A DNA stretch of 63,997 bases, filler included, from Thermodesulfobacteriota bacterium (GTDB lineage: Bacteria; DASVDK01), in NCBI GenBank assembly GCA_036381125.1. It is 5 parts of 5 records of this genome, joined end to end, with 100 filler letters (N's around TTAATTAATTAA, not from the genome) between each part and the next. Parts side by side here need not be neighbours in the genome. Positions count along the whole stretch, not along the records: positions 37,208 to 56,065 come from DASVDK010000167.1; positions 56,166 to 60,636 come from DASVDK010000173.1; positions 60,737 to 63,997 come from DASVDK010000186.1; 2 more parts are not named here. The stretch is one strand, 5' to 3'. The position numbers were made by a program, and so were the translations under genes. Under the pieces are notes generated by a model. It was not told where the DNA came from. It ran no database searches and saw only the letters and a list, made by a program, of their open reading frames with translations. Shown piece after piece: positions 47,434 through 60,887 of this stretch (position 1 is the first letter of the stretch; every line of letters starts with the position of its first letter).

Positions 47434-48768
47434 GTGATCGCGCGGTACAGCCGTCCGGAGATGGCCGCCCGCTGGAGCGAGGAGGCCCGGCTCAGGCTCT
47501 GGCTCGACATCGAGATCTGGGCCGCCGAGGCGTGGGCCGACCTCGGGGAGGTCCCCCGCGAGGCGCTCGACGAGATTCGCCGCAAGGCCGTCTATCACCC
47601 CTCCTGGCCGGCCCGCATGGCGGCCCACGAGAAGGTGCTCAAGCACGACGTGCTGGCCTTCCTGACGACCGTGGCCGAGGACGTCGGCGACGCGGCGCGC
47701 TACCTGCACCTCGGCATGACGTCGTCGGACGTGATCGACACCGCCTTCGCCATGCAGCTCAGGGACGCGGCCGACCAGATCCTCGCCGGGATCGACCGCC
47801 TCCGCGACGTGGTGGCGCGCCGGGCGCACGAGCACCGGCGAACGGTCATGATCGGTCGCTCGCACGGCGTCCATGCCGAGCCGACCACCTTCGGCCTCAA
47901 GCTGGCCGTCTGGTACGACGAGCTGGGGCGGGCGCGCGAGCGGGTCGCGCGCGCCCGGGAGACGATCGCCGTCGGGACGATCAGCGGCGCGGTCGGCACG
48001 TTCGCCAACGTGCCGCCGGAGGTCGAGGCCCACGTCATGCGCAAGGCGGGGCTTCGCGGCGAGCCGGCCGCCACGCAGGTCGTTCACCGCGACCGCCACG
48101 CGGAGTACTTCACGGCGCTCGCCCTCCTCGGCGCCACCGTCGAGCGCATTGCCACGGAACTGCGGCACCTGCAGCGCACGGAGGTGCTCGAGGTGGAGGA
48201 GGCGTTCGAGTCGGGCCAGAAGGGCTCCTCGGCCATGCCGCACAAGCGCAACCCGATCTCCTCCGAGAACCTCACCGGCGTGGCGAGGCTGCTCAGGGGC
48301 TACGCGCTGCCGGCCCTCGAGGACGTGGCCCTCTGGCACGAGCGCGACATCAGCCACTCGTCGGTCGAGCGGGTCATCGGTCCCGACGCGACGATCCTCG
48401 CCGACTACATGGTCCACCGCCTCACCGGCATCGTCTCGGGCCTGGTCGTCCACGCCGACCGGATGCGCGAGAACCTCGAGTCGATGCGGGGCATCACCGC
48501 CTCCCAGCAGGTCCTCCTTGCCCTGGCGCGGCGTGGGGTCGCCCGCGAGACGGCCTACCGCATCGTCCAGCGCAACGCGGCACGCGTCTGGGACGAGAGG
48601 CTCACGTTCCGCGCGGCGCTCGAGGCCGACCCCGAGGTGCAGCGCCTGCTGCCCGCCGGCGACCTTTCCGCCTGCTTCGATGTCGGCTACCATCTCAAGC
48701 ACGTCGACACGATCTTCCGGCGGGTCGGGCTCGATCCGGCCGACGGCGAGGGGAGGGCGGCGCGATGA
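47434..48768 (+). CDS. purB: Adenylosuccinate lyase
   Basis: [39 protein letters not shown]. Confidence 0.97.
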   Translation: MIARYSRPEMAARWSEEARLRLWLDIEIWAAEAWADLGEVPREALDEIRRKAVYHPSWPARMAAHEKVLKHDVLAFLTTVAEDVGDAARYLHLGMTSSDVIDTAFAMQLRDAADQILAGIDRLRDVVARRAHEHRRTVMIGRSHGVHAEPTTFGLKLAVWYDELGRARERVARARETIAVGTISGAVGTFANVPPEVEAHVMRKAGLRGEPAATQVVHRDRHAEYFTALALLGATVERIATELRHLQRTEVLEVEEAFESGQKGSSAMPHKRNPISSENLTGVARLLRGYALPALEDVALWHERDISHSSVERVIGPDATILADYMVHRLTGIVSGLVVHADRMRENLESMRGITASQQVLLALARRGVARETAYRIVQRNAARVWDERLTFRAALEADPEVQRLLPAGDLSACFDVGYHLKHVDTIFRRVGLDPADGEGRAAR

Positions 48769-49478
48769 CCGTGCAGCGCGGGGCTCGGCTCTACGAGGGC
48801 AAGGCGAAGGTCCTCTACGCCACCGACGACCCCGGCCTCCTCATCCAGTACTTCAAGGACGACGCCACCGCCTTCAACGCGCAGAAGCGGGGGACGATCG
48901 TCGACAAGGGCGTCATGAACGCCCGTATCTCCGCGTTCCTCTTCCGCTTCCTCGAGAGCCAGGGGGTGCGCACGCACTTCGTGGAGCTGCTCTCCCCGCG
49001 CGAGATGCTGATCAAGAAGGTGAGCATCGTCCCGCTCGAGGTCGTGGTACGCAACGTCGTCGCCGGCTCGCTGGCGAAGCGGATGGGGATCGCCGAGGGG
49101 ACGCCGCTCAAGCGGACGATCGTCGAGTACTACTACAAGAGCGACCCGCTCGGCGACCCGATGGTGTCCGAGGAGCACATCGAGGTCTTCGACCTCGCGA
49201 CCCGGGAGGAGCTCGCGTTCATCACGCGGGAGGCCCGGCGGGTGAACGACCTCCTCTCCCGGTTCTTCCTCGAACGGGGGATCCGGCTCGTCGACTTCAA
49301 GCTCGAGTTCGGCCGGCACCCCTCGGGGCTCCTCCTCGCCGACGAGATCACCCCGGACGGCTGCCGGCTCTGGGACGCGGAGACCGGCGAGAAGCTCGAC
49401 AAGGACCGCTTCCGGCGCGACCTCGGCGGGGTCGAGGCGGCCTACAGGCGGGTGCTCGACCTGGTCACGGCGGGCTAG
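48765..49478 (+). CDS. purC: SAICAR synthetase
   Basis: [38 protein letters not shown]. Confidence 0.97.
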   Translation: MTVQRGARLYEGKAKVLYATDDPGLLIQYFKDDATAFNAQKRGTIVDKGVMNARISAFLFRFLESQGVRTHFVELLSPREMLIKKVSIVPLEVVVRNVVAGSLAKRMGIAEGTPLKRTIVEYYYKSDPLGDPMVSEEHIEVFDLATREELAFITREARRVNDLLSRFFLERGIRLVDFKLEFGRHPSGLLLADEITPDGCRLWDAETGEKLDKDRFRRDLGGVEAAYRRVLDLVTAG

Positions 49479-49493
49479 CAACGGGAGACCACG

Positions 49494-49739
49494 GTGGTAG
49501 CCAGGATCCACATCACGCTCAAGCGCGGCGTGCTCGACCCCCAGGGCAAGGCGATCCAGCAGGGCCTCGCGGACCTCGGCTTCGAGGGGGTCGAGGACGT
49601 GCGCGTGGGCAAGTACATCGAGCTCAAGATCGACGGCGTGTCGAAGGACACGGCCGAGCGGCGGGTCCGGGCCATGTGCGAGCAGCTCCTCGCCAACCCG
49701 GTCATCGAGGACTTCAGGTTCGAGATCAGGAACGTATGA
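49494..49739 (+). CDS. purS: FGAM synthase subunit PurS
   Basis: [19 protein letters not shown]. Confidence 0.96.
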   Translation: MVARIHITLKRGVLDPQGKAIQQGLADLGFEGVEDVRVGKYIELKIDGVSKDTAERRVRAMCEQLLANPVIEDFRFEIRNV

Positions 49740-50435
49740 AGATCGCGGTCGTCACCTTCCCGGGCTCCAACTGCGACGTCGACGCCCTGCACGCCGTCGG
49801 CACCGTCCTCGGCGCCGACGCGATCCGGGTCTGGCACAAGGAGACGGCGCTGCCGGCCGGCCTCGACGGCGTCATCCTGCCCGGCGGCTTCGCCCACGGC
49901 GACTACCTGCGCACCGGCGCCATCGCCCGCTTCTCGCCCATCATGCCGGCGGTCGAGCGGTTCGCGAAGGGGGGCGGGCCGGTCCTCGGCATCTGCAACG
50001 GCTTCCAGATCCTCCTCGAGGCGGGGCTCTTGCCGGGCGCCATGCTCCGGAACCGGCAGCTCAGCTTCGTCTGCACCGACGTGTACGTGCGCGTCGAGCG
50101 CGCCGACACCGCCTGGACCCGGGCGGCCAGGGCGGGCCAGGTCCTGAGGCTGCCGGTCAAGCACGGCGAGGGGAACTACTTCGCCGACGCGGCCCTCCTC
50201 GAGCGCCTCGAAGGGGAGGGGCAGGTCGTCTTCCGCTACGTCGACGAGCGCGGCCGGGTCACCGACGAGGCGAACCCGAACGGGTCGATCCACAACATCG
50301 CCGGCGTGTGCAACGCCGGCCGCAACGTGGTGGGGCTCATGCCCCATCCCGAGAACGCCTGCGAGGCGCTCCTCGGCAGCGAGGACGGCCGCTTCATCCT
50401 CGAGAGCGTCGCCTCGGCGGAGTTCGGGGCGGCTC

Positions 50436-50443
<8 letters not shown>
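49736..50443 (+). CDS. purQ: FGAM synthase glutaminase subunit PurQ
   Basis: [34 protein letters not shown]. Confidence 0.96.
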
Positions 50444-52715
<2,272 letters not shown>

Positions 52716-52745
52716 AGTCAAGAATCCAGGAGGACACCACCGGGC

Positions 52746-54302
52746 ATGTGCGGCATCTTCGGCGTCTACGGCCATCCCGAAGCCGCCAACCTGACCTATC
52801 TCGGCCTCTACGCGCTCCAGCACCGGGGCCAGGAGTCGGCCGGCATCGTGGCCGCCGACGGCCGCGACCTCGAGGTCCACCGGGGCATGGGTCACGTCGC
52901 GGACATCTTCCGGGCCGACGTGCTGCGGGAGCTGCGGGGGCCCATGGCCATCGGGCACGTGCGCTACTCGACGGCCGGCTCGAGCACGCTCGAGAACGCA
53001 CAGCCCATCGTCGTGCGGCAGGCGCGCGGCGCGCTCGCCGTCGGGCACAACGGCAACCTCGTGAACGCCCTCGAGCTTCGCGAGGAGCTCGAGGCGCAGG
53101 GCTCGATCTTCCAGTCGGACATGGACACCGAGGTCATCCCGCACCTCATGGCCCGCTCCCGCGGCAAGACCACCCCGGACCGGGTCGTCGACGCGCTCCG
53201 CCGGGTCGAGGGGGCCTACTCGCTCCTCTTCCTCACCGAGGACACCCTCGTCGCCGCCCGCGACCCGAACGGCTTCCGGCCGCTCGTGCTCGGCAAGCTC
53301 GGCGATGCGTGGATCGTCACGTCGGAGACCTGCAGCCTCGACCTGATCGAGGCGCGGTTCGTCCGCGAGGTCGAGCCGGGCGAGGTGATCGTCGTCGACC
53401 CGAGCGGCCTCAGGGCCGTGACGCCCCTCCCGGCGCCCGAGACGGGCGTGACGCGCTGCATCTTCGAGGCGGTCTACTTCGCGCGCCCCGACAGCCGCAC
53501 CCCGGACGGCACGGTGTACGAGATCCGCAAGCGGCTCGGCCGCGAGCTCGCGCGCGAGCACCCGGTCGAGGCCGACATCGTCATCCCGGTGCCCGACTCC
53601 GGCGTGCCGGCCGCCATCGGGTTCGCGCAGCAGGCGGGCATCCCGTTCGAGACCGGCCTCATCCGCAACCACTACGTCGGCCGGACGTTCATCGAGCCGC
53701 AGCAGCAGATCCGGCACTTCGGCGTGAAGATCAAGCTCAACGCCGTGCAGGAGGTCCTCGAGGGGAAGCGTGTCGTCGTCATCGACGACTCCATCGTGCG
53801 CGGGACCACGGCGCGCAAGATCATCAAGATGGTGCGGCGCGCGGGGGCCAGGGAGATCCACTTCCGGATTTCCTCGCCGCCGACCCTCTTCCCGTGCTTC
53901 TACGGCATCGACACGCCCAACCGATCGGAGCTGATCGCGTCGTCGCACACGGTCGAGGAGATCCGCCAGTACGTGACGGCCGACTCGCTCGCGTACCTGT
54001 CGATCGAGGGGCTCCACCGCGCCGTGCAGGGCGACCGCGGCGTCGGCGGGGAGTTCTGCGACGCCTGCTTCTCGGGGCGCTACCCGGTCCGATTCCCGGA
54101 CCTCGACCGGCTGACGCAGTTGCCGCTCTTCCCGGGTGCCGGGCCGGTGAAGGCGGTCGAGGGGCGGCCGCGGCCGCTCCTCCTCGCGGACGACGACGAC
54201 GCACCGGCCGGCGGGTCCTTCGACGTCCCGGACGAGGAAGCGCAGGCGGAGCTGGACGTGGAGCCGGTCACGGCGGCCCGGACCGGACGGAGAGGGCGAT
54301 GA
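52746..54302 (+). CDS. purF: Amidophosphoribosyltransferase
   Basis: [28 protein letters not shown], Fe-S cysteines (CIFE, PCFYG, CDAC). Confidence 0.97.
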   Translation: MCGIFGVYGHPEAANLTYLGLYALQHRGQESAGIVAADGRDLEVHRGMGHVADIFRADVLRELRGPMAIGHVRYSTAGSSTLENAQPIVVRQARGALAVGHNGNLVNALELREELEAQGSIFQSDMDTEVIPHLMARSRGKTTPDRVVDALRRVEGAYSLLFLTEDTLVAARDPNGFRPLVLGKLGDAWIVTSETCSLDLIEARFVREVEPGEVIVVDPSGLRAVTPLPAPETGVTRCIFEAVYFARPDSRTPDGTVYEIRKRLGRELAREHPVEADIVIPVPDSGVPAAIGFAQQAGIPFETGLIRNHYVGRTFIEPQQQIRHFGVKIKLNAVQEVLEGKRVVVIDDSIVRGTTARKIIKMVRRAGAREIHFRISSPPTLFPCFYGIDTPNRSELIASSHTVEEIRQYVTADSLAYLSIEGLHRAVQGDRGVGGEFCDACFSGRYPVRFPDLDRLTQLPLFPGAGPVKAVEGRPRPLLLADDDDAPAGGSFDVPDEEAQAELDVEPVTAARTGRRGR

Positions 54303-54913
54303 CGCCGGCGCACGGCCTCGCCGCGCTGGCCGCCATGCTCCTCGCGGTCGGCTGCGCCCCCATGGCCCGCCAGGCCGAGTCGACCCCCCGGGGCGACTAC
54401 CAGGCAATCCTCGAGCGCTGGACCCGGGCCGGCCAGGAGTACGATCGGCTCGAGACGCGCCTCTACGTGGCGGCCACCTACAAGAGCTGGCCGTTCCGCG
54501 AGGCGTACGTCGCCGAGTACGCGCGCATCTTCCTGCTGCCCGACCGGGAGCGCGAGGCGCTTCTCGCCCGCGAGACGGCCTCGTTCGAGCAGTTCCACGA
54601 GTTCGTCCTGTCGGCCTACACGCCCTACCGCCAGAGCGGGGACTTCCTGACCCGAACCGGCCTCTGGAAGCTCTACCTCGAGGGCCCGAACGGGCTTCGC
54701 GTGCCGACGAGCCGCGTCGACCGGATGGCCGAGCCGCCGCAGGTGCTCGCCGCCTTCTACCCGTACGTCACCCGGTGGTCGCGTGAGTTCCTGGTCCGCT
54801 TCCCCCGGCGGACCGCCGACGGGCGGGAGGTCCTGCCCGACCCCGAGCGGGACCCCTTCCGGCTCATCATCACCTCGACGGTCGCCCGCGCCGAATTGAC
54901 CTGGCACCCCTGA
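54299..54913 (+). CDS. Hypothetical lipoprotein
   Basis: ATG overlaps the purF stop; signal peptide with lipobox AVGC; normal codon usage. Confidence 0.75.
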   Translation: MTPAHGLAALAAMLLAVGCAPMARQAESTPRGDYQAILERWTRAGQEYDRLETRLYVAATYKSWPFREAYVAEYARIFLLPDREREALLARETASFEQFHEFVLSAYTPYRQSGDFLTRTGLWKLYLEGPNGLRVPTSRVDRMAEPPQVLAAFYPYVTRWSREFLVRFPRRTADGREVLPDPERDPFRLIITSTVARAELTWHP

Positions 54914-54980
54914 CGGTCCGGGTGGTCGGGCCCGGTGTCCGCTCTTGTCCTGCGCCGTGAAATCGGTTATGGAAGAGGGC

Positions 54981-55622
54981 GTGAGTTCGACGATCCGGAG
55001 CGGAGCGGCCGCCGGGCTCGTCCTCGGCGCCTGCCTTGCCCTGCCGGCAGCGCTCCCAAGCGCGCGGGCGGCCGACATCTACCGCTGCATCGACGCCGAC
55101 GGCGTCGTCCACTTCTCCAACGCGCCGACGAAGGACTGCTTCGTCCGGATCATCGTCGTGCGGCCCGAGCGCAGCGCCCCGCAACCCCCTCCGTCCGCGA
55201 CGCAGGCCGGCGTGGCGAAGTACGAGCCGCTCATCGCCGAGGCGGCGGCGCGTCACAAGGTGGAGCCGGCCCTCATCAAGGCGGTGATCCGCGCCGAGTC
55301 GAACTTCGACCCGAGGGCGATCTCTCGCAAGGGCGCGCAGGGGCTCATGCAGCTCATGCCCGAGACGGCGAGCCTGTACGGGCTCTCCGACCCATTCGAG
55401 CCGCGCGCCAACATCGAGGCGGGCGTGAGGCACCTCAAGCGGCTCCTCGAGAAGTACGACGGCGACCTGCGCCTCGCCCTCGCGGCGTACAACGCCGGCG
55501 AGCAGGCGGTCGAGCGCTATGGGCGGCGCATCCCACCCTTCCCGGAGACCCAGGGCTACGTGCGCACCGTGCTGCGGCACCACGAGGCGTACGGCGGCGC
55601 CGTCCGCACCGCCAGCAAGTAG
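54981..55622 (+). CDS. Lytic transglycosylase (SLT domain) with a DUF4124-like N-terminus
   Basis: IYRCIDADGVVHFSNAP, AESNF, GAQGLMQLMP, LAAYNAG, ETQGYV. Confidence 0.92.
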   Translation: MSSTIRSGAAAGLVLGACLALPAALPSARAADIYRCIDADGVVHFSNAPTKDCFVRIIVVRPERSAPQPPPSATQAGVAKYEPLIAEAAARHKVEPALIKAVIRAESNFDPRAISRKGAQGLMQLMPETASLYGLSDPFEPRANIEAGVRHLKRLLEKYDGDLRLALAAYNAGEQAVERYGRRIPPFPETQGYVRTVLRHHEAYGGAVRTASK

Positions 55623-55677
55623 CCGAGTGCGGGGTGTCGCGCGGGCCGATCGGCCGCCGCGCCGTGCCCCGGATGGG

Positions 55678-55707
55678 TTGACACTCCGTCGGGCGCCCGG
55701 GTAGAAT
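55678..55707 (+). promoter_or_regulatory. sigma70 promoter of tRNA-Gly
   Basis: TTGACA-N18-TAGAAT, 14 nt before the tRNA. Confidence 0.75.
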
Positions 55708-55721
55708 TGCTGTCCGTTCTC

Positions 55722-55797
55722 GCGGGTGTAGCTCAGATGGTAGAGCGCCACCTTGCCAAGGTGGAGGTCGCGGGTTCGAGACCCGTCGCCCGCTCCA
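55722..55797 (+). tRNA. tRNA-Gly(GCC)
   Basis: 76-nt cloverleaf, anticodon arm CCACC-TTGCCAA-GGTGG, GGTTCGA T-loop, encoded CCA. Confidence 0.98.
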
Positions 55798-56065
55798 TTC
55801 GAGTTGGGGGGCCCAACGGACCGCTCAGGTGGGCGGTAGCCCGAGGCTGGCCCCCCAGCACCTCCCGGTCGCTCGGTCCAGCCAGGCCGGACCTCGCTCT
55901 ACGGCGGCGGCCACGACCCGTGTCCCCCGATCGGTCGGCCCGGCTCGGAAACCGCCTGCCTGCGGCAGGCGCCGTCATCTGCGGGGCTTCCCTTTCCTCA
56001 GCGATCGCCACGGTCTCGAAGAGGCACCTCTCATGAACCTCTCCCGTATGCTCGCGGCCAGGGCC

Positions 56066-56165
56066 NNNNNNNNNNNNNNNNNNNNNNNNNNNNNNNNNNN
56101 NNNNNNNNNTTAATTAATTAANNNNNNNNNNNNNNNNNNNNNNNNNNNNNNNNNNNNNNNNNNNN
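56066..56165. other. Artificial contig spacer
   Basis: N44-TTAATTAATTAA-N44. Confidence 0.99.
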
Positions 56166-56936
56166 AGGGCCGGGTCGCGCGAGGAGGAGATCGCCGAGGC
56201 GCGGGCGTCGGCGGAGGCGGCCGAGGCGGAGGCGCAGAACATGGCCAGGACCGCCGCGCGCCTGGCGTCGCTCTTCGAGGACGGGGTCGTCTCCCGCCAG
56301 CAGGTGGACGACGCGCAGAGCCGCGCGCGGCAGGCGGCCGAGCAGGCGGCCGCCGCGCGCGAGCGGCTGCGGCTCAGGGAGGCGGGCACCCGGCCTCAGG
56401 AGATCGAGGCGGCCGAGGCGCGGCTCGCCGAGGCGCGGGCGCGCCTCGCACGGCTCGAGCGGGGGACTCGCCCCGAGGCGATCGCCCAGGCGCAGGCCGA
56501 CGTGGCAGCCGCCCGCGCCCGGCTCGAGGCCGAGGAGGTGGCGGTTCGCGAGCTGACGGTGCGCGCGCCCGCCGACGGCCCGACCATCCTCGAGGTGTTC
56601 GACATGCGGCCCGGCCAGCTCGTCCGGGTGGGCGAGCCGGTGGCGACGCTCGTCGAGCCGGCGCTCGAGGTGCGGGTGTTCGTCCCGGAGCCGAGGCTCG
56701 GGGAGGTGGCGGTCGGCATGCCGGTGAGCGTGTCGGTCCCCTCGGCGGGCCGCGTCGTGGGCGGCGTCGTCACCCGGATCGCCGCGCAGGCGGAGTTCAC
56801 GCCGCGCACGATCCAGACCCCGGAGGACCGCGTCTATCAGGTCTTCGCCGTCAAGGTCCGCCTCGACGAGGAGGTGAGCCGCACGCTGCGCGCCGGGATG
56901 GCGGCGGACGTGACCTTCCCGGAGCGGCGGCCGTGA
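56166..56936 (+). CDS. HlyD-family membrane fusion protein (5' truncated)
   Basis: Ala/Glu coiled coil, VRAPADG, AEFTPRTIQT, LRAGMAADV. Confidence 0.9.
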   Translation, partial: RAGSREEEIAEARASAEAAEAEAQNMARTAARLASLFEDGVVSRQQVDDAQSRARQAAEQAAAARERLRLREAGTRPQEIEAAEARLAEARARLARLERGTRPEAIAQAQADVAAARARLEAEEVAVRELTVRAPADGPTILEVFDMRPGQLVRVGEPVATLVEPALEVRVFVPEPRLGEVAVGMPVSVSVPSAGRVVGGVVTRIAAQAEFTPRTIQTPEDRVYQVFAVKVRLDEEVSRTLRAGMAADVTFPERRP

Positions 56937-57889
56937 CGCCGGCCATCGCCCTTGCGGGCCTCACCAAGCGCTTCGGCGACGTCACGGCCGTCGACCGCGT
57001 CTCGTTCGAGGTGAGCCCCGGGACGATCTTCGGCTTCCTCGGGCCGAACGGGTCCGGCAAGTCGACCGTCATCCGCATGCTCTGCGGCCTCCTCGTCCCG
57101 ACGGCGGGCGACGCGTGGGTGGCCGGCCTCGACGTGCGCACCGAGGCCGAGGCGATCCGGCGGCGCATCGGCTACATGTCGCAGCGCTTCTCCCTCTACG
57201 AGGACCTGACGGTCTTCGAGAACCTCACGTTCTACGGACAGGTCTACGGCCTCGCCGGCGGCCGCCTCGACCGGCGCCGCCGCGACATGATCGCCCTCTG
57301 CCGCCTCGAGCCGTACGTCGGCCGCCCCGCCGGCACCCTCTCCGGCGGCTGGAAGCAGCGCCTCGCCCTCGCCTGCGCCCTCGTCCACGAGCCGGCCGTG
57401 GTCTTCCTCGACGAGCCGACCGCCGGCATCGACCCGGTCGCGCGCCGCGAGCTGTGGGACCTCCTCTTCCGGCTCTCCGGCGAGGGGATCACGCTCTTCG
57501 TGACGACCCACTACATGGACGAGGCGGAGCGCTGCAGCACGATCGGCTACATCTACCTGTCGCGTCTGATCGCCCTCGGGACGCCGGCCGAGCTGAAGGC
57601 GCGGCCCGAGGTGACGCCGGCGGGCGCCACGCGCTACGAGCTCCGGTTGCCCGGCGCGACCGACCCGGCGCTGCCCGCCCGCGCCCTCCTCGCGGTGGAG
57701 GCGGTGCCGGGGGTCTCGGAGGCCACCCTCTTCGGCACCTCCGTTCACCTCGTCGCGCAGCCGGGGACCCGGCTCGCGGCGATCGAGCGGGCGGTGACCG
57801 ACCTCGGCGCGCCGGCCGCCCGTCTCGAGCCGGTCGCCCCCTCGCTCGAGGACGTGTTCGTGGCGCTCACGCGTCGGGAGGCGCGATGA
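56933..57889 (+). CDS. ABC transporter ATP-binding protein (YbhF-like)
   Basis: GPNGSGKST, IGYMSQRFSLY, LSGGWKQR, FLDEPTAG, TTHYMDEAE. Confidence 0.95.
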   Translation: MTPAIALAGLTKRFGDVTAVDRVSFEVSPGTIFGFLGPNGSGKSTVIRMLCGLLVPTAGDAWVAGLDVRTEAEAIRRRIGYMSQRFSLYEDLTVFENLTFYGQVYGLAGGRLDRRRRDMIALCRLEPYVGRPAGTLSGGWKQRLALACALVHEPAVVFLDEPTAGIDPVARRELWDLLFRLSGEGITLFVTTHYMDEAERCSTIGYIYLSRLIALGTPAELKARPEVTPAGATRYELRLPGATDPALPARALLAVEAVPGVSEATLFGTSVHLVAQPGTRLAAIERAVTDLGAPAARLEPVAPSLEDVFVALTRREAR

Positions 57890-59025
57890 CGACGCGCGGC
57901 GGATGGCGGGAGTGGCTGGCCGGCCTCCGGGCCGTCCTCTACAAGGAGTTCATCCACCTGCGGCGAGACCCGGCCACGCTCCGGATCGCGCTGCTGATCC
58001 CGCTCATGCAGATGTTCCTCTTCGGCTACGCCGTGGACATGAACGTCGAGGACGTGCCGACCGTGGTCTACGACCTCGACCAGCGCCGCGAGTCGCGCGA
58101 CCTGGTACGGATGTTCGAGAACACGTCGTACTTCCGGGTGGTGGGCGAGGTCGACAGCGAGGCGGCCCTCACGCGGGCGCTCGTGAGCGGCCGGGCGCGC
58201 GTGGGGCTGCGCATCCCGCCCGACTTCTCGGCGTCGCTCGCCGCCGGCCGGCCGGTCCAGGTGCAGGTGCTGATCGACGGGTCGGACTCGACCGTCGCCA
58301 ACCAGGCTCTGAACGTCTCCATGTCGCTCGGCCTCCAGGAGGCGCTCCGCCGGTCGCAGGCCGCGGCCGGCGCCGAGGCGCCCCCCTTCGAGATCCGCCC
58401 CCGGCTGCTCTTCAACCCCGACGCCCGGAGCACCCACTTCATCGTGCCGGGGCTCGTCGGCATCATCCTCCAGAACACGACGGTCCTGCTCACCGCCCTC
58501 GCCATCGTGCGGGAGCGCGAGCGCGGGACGCTCGAGCAGGTCCTGGTGACGCCGGTGCGGCCGCTGGCCCTCATGCTCGGCAAGCTCCTCCCCTACGCCG
58601 TCCTCGGCTTCGCCGAGACGCTTGCGGTCCTCGCCGTCATGCGAGGGGTCTTCGGCGTGCCGATCGTGGGGAGCCTGGTCCTGCTGCTCGTCGTCTCGTG
58701 GATCTTCCTGGTCTGCGCGCTCGGCCTCGGGCTGCTCATCTCGAACGTCTCGGACAACCAGGCGCAGGCCATCCAGCTCGCGTTCCTCGTGATCCTCCCC
58801 TCGATCCTGCTGTCGGGCTACGTCTTCCCGCGCGACTCGATCCCGCCGTTCCTCGCCTGGACGTCCTACCTGATCCCGGTGACCTACTTCATCGAGGTGC
58901 TGCGCGGGGTGATCCTCCGCGGCGCGGGGGTCGCCGAGCTCTGGCCCCAGGCCGCCGCGCTCATCGTCTTCGGCGCCGTCCTGATCGGCCTGTCGGCGTC
59001 GCGCTTCCGCAAGAGGCTCGATTGA
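57886..59025 (+). CDS. ABC-2 type permease (YbhR/S-like)
   Basis: KEFIHLRRD, VRERERGTLEQ, LLSGYVFP; multiple TMs. Confidence 0.93.
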   Translation: MTTRGGWREWLAGLRAVLYKEFIHLRRDPATLRIALLIPLMQMFLFGYAVDMNVEDVPTVVYDLDQRRESRDLVRMFENTSYFRVVGEVDSEAALTRALVSGRARVGLRIPPDFSASLAAGRPVQVQVLIDGSDSTVANQALNVSMSLGLQEALRRSQAAAGAEAPPFEIRPRLLFNPDARSTHFIVPGLVGIILQNTTVLLTALAIVRERERGTLEQVLVTPVRPLALMLGKLLPYAVLGFAETLAVLAVMRGVFGVPIVGSLVLLLVVSWIFLVCALGLGLLISNVSDNQAQAIQLAFLVILPSILLSGYVFPRDSIPPFLAWTSYLIPVTYFIEVLRGVILRGAGVAELWPQAAALIVFGAVLIGLSASRFRKRLD

Positions 59026-59043
59026 CTTCGGGATTCCGGTCAC

Positions 59044-59072
59044 TTGACGCTGCCGGTCCACGCCCGTAGCAT
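59044..59072 (+). promoter_or_regulatory. Possible sigma70 promoter for the TolC gene
   Basis: TTGACG-N17-TAGCAT. Confidence 0.5.
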
Positions 59073-59172
59073 GGCGCTGGTCAGCCGGCCGGCGCGCTCG
59101 CCGTCCTCTCGACCCGCGGGCTCCGGAATCCGCGTGCATCGATCCGCCCACCGTGCAAGGAGACGTGAACCC

Positions 59173-60636
59173 ATGACGACGCTCGGCCGCGTGGTCGCCT
59201 CGCTGGTCCTCACCCTGGCCCTCGTCGCGGGCCATCTCGCCAGGCCCGAACGGGTCGGCGCGCAGGCGACGCAGGACCAGGCGACGCCGCAGGCCCAGCC
59301 GGCGCAGCCCGGTCCCGCCGCGCCCGGCGCAGCCCCCTCCCCCGCTCCGGCCGCCGAGCCGCAGCCGCCGGCCGCGCCGGTCACCGCGGGCAAGACGGTC
59401 GGGGTCTCGCTGCGCGAGGCCATCGGCCTCACGTTCGCCAACAACCTCGACCTCCAGATCGAGGCCATCACGCCGGAGATCCGGGCGGCCGAGATCGGCG
59501 AGCAGCAGGGGGCCTTCGACCCGATCCTCGGGGCGCAGGCGCAGTACAGCCGCGACCGGTCGCCGACCGGGTCGATCGCCGCCGGCAACGACACGCGCAT
59601 CGCCGCCGGACAGGTCACCGTGAGCCAGCGACTCCCCCTGGGCACCACCTACGAGCTCAGCTACAACACCGACCGCCTCAAGAACAACTCCATCTTCGAG
59701 ACGCTCAACCCCTCGTACTCCGCCGAAGTCCTGCTCCAGGTCACGCAGCCGCTCCTGCGCAACTTCGGCGTCGACGTGAACCGCGCCGGGATCATCATCG
59801 CGCAGCGCAACCGGGAGGCGGCCCAGGCCACGTTCCGGGGCGCGGTGCAGAACGCGCTCTTCGCCACGGTGCAGACCTACTGGAACCTGGTCCAGGCGCA
59901 GGACGCCCTCGAGGTGGCGCGCGAGTCGCTGAGGCTCGCCCAGCAGCTCCTGCAGCAGAACCGGGTCCAGGTCCAGGTCGGCACGATGGCGCCGATCGAG
60001 GTCACCCAGGCCGAGGCGGGCGTGGCCTCGCGCGAGGAAGGGGTCATCGTGGCCGAGGCCAACCTGCGGGACGCCGAGGACCGGCTCAAGCGGCAGATCC
60101 TGCTTGACCCGGCGAACGCCTTCGATTACACGATCGTGCCGACCGACAGGCCCGAGTTCATCCCCGTGGAGATCCAGCTCGCGCCGAACCTCGAGGCCGC
60201 GCTCCGGTTCCGGCCCGAGCTGGAGGCGGCGCGGATCGCGGTCCGGGCCCAGGAGGCGAACCTGCGGCTCGCGAGGAACCAGGTGCTGCCCGAGCTGAAC
60301 GTCGTCGGCTCGCTGGGGCTCAACGGCCTCGACGACGACTGGCCGGGCGCGAACAGCGACGTGGTGAGCGAGGCGGACAACCAGTACCAGTGGTCCGCCG
60401 GGCTCGTCTTCACCTACCCGCTCGGCAACCGCGTCGCGCGCAGCCGCCTCACGAGCGCCGAGCTGGCGCTGCGCCAGGCGCAGATCCAGGTGCGGACGCT
60501 CGAGCTGCAGGTGACCGAGGAGGTGCGCTCGGCCGTTCGGGCGGTCAACGCCAACGCGCAGCGGGTCGAGGCCACCCGGGAGGCGACGCGCCTCGCGCGG
60601 GAGCAGCTCGTCGCCGAGCAGCGGCGTCTCGCCGTC
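59173..60636 (+). CDS. TolC-family outer membrane efflux protein (3' truncated)
   Basis: Signal peptide, LREAI...NNLDL, QPLLRNFG, YWNLV, RPEL, LPELN repeats of the OEP fold. Confidence 0.9.
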
Positions 60637-60736
60637 NNNNNNNNNNNNNNNNNNNNNNNNNNNNNNNNNNNNNNNNNNNNTTAATTAATTAANNNNNNNN
60701 NNNNNNNNNNNNNNNNNNNNNNNNNNNNNNNNNNNN
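60637..60736. other. Artificial contig spacer
   Basis: N44-TTAATTAATTAA-N44. Confidence 0.99.
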
Positions 60737-60887
60737 GGGAGGGGGACTCCGCCCCCCTCCTGACAACCTCCCCGGGTCATCGGTCGGCCCGGCAAAGCCG
60801 GGCCTCCCTCCAGGAGGGCGGCCGGTGCCAGGAGCACCGCGGAGTAACGGTCCTGGGCCGGTGGGGTTCGACGAGGCGTCGGTGGAG

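Noticed and set aside
55722-56065. Integrative element at tRNA-Gly
   Set aside because: No integrase or duplicated tRNA 3' end is seen before the contig ends.
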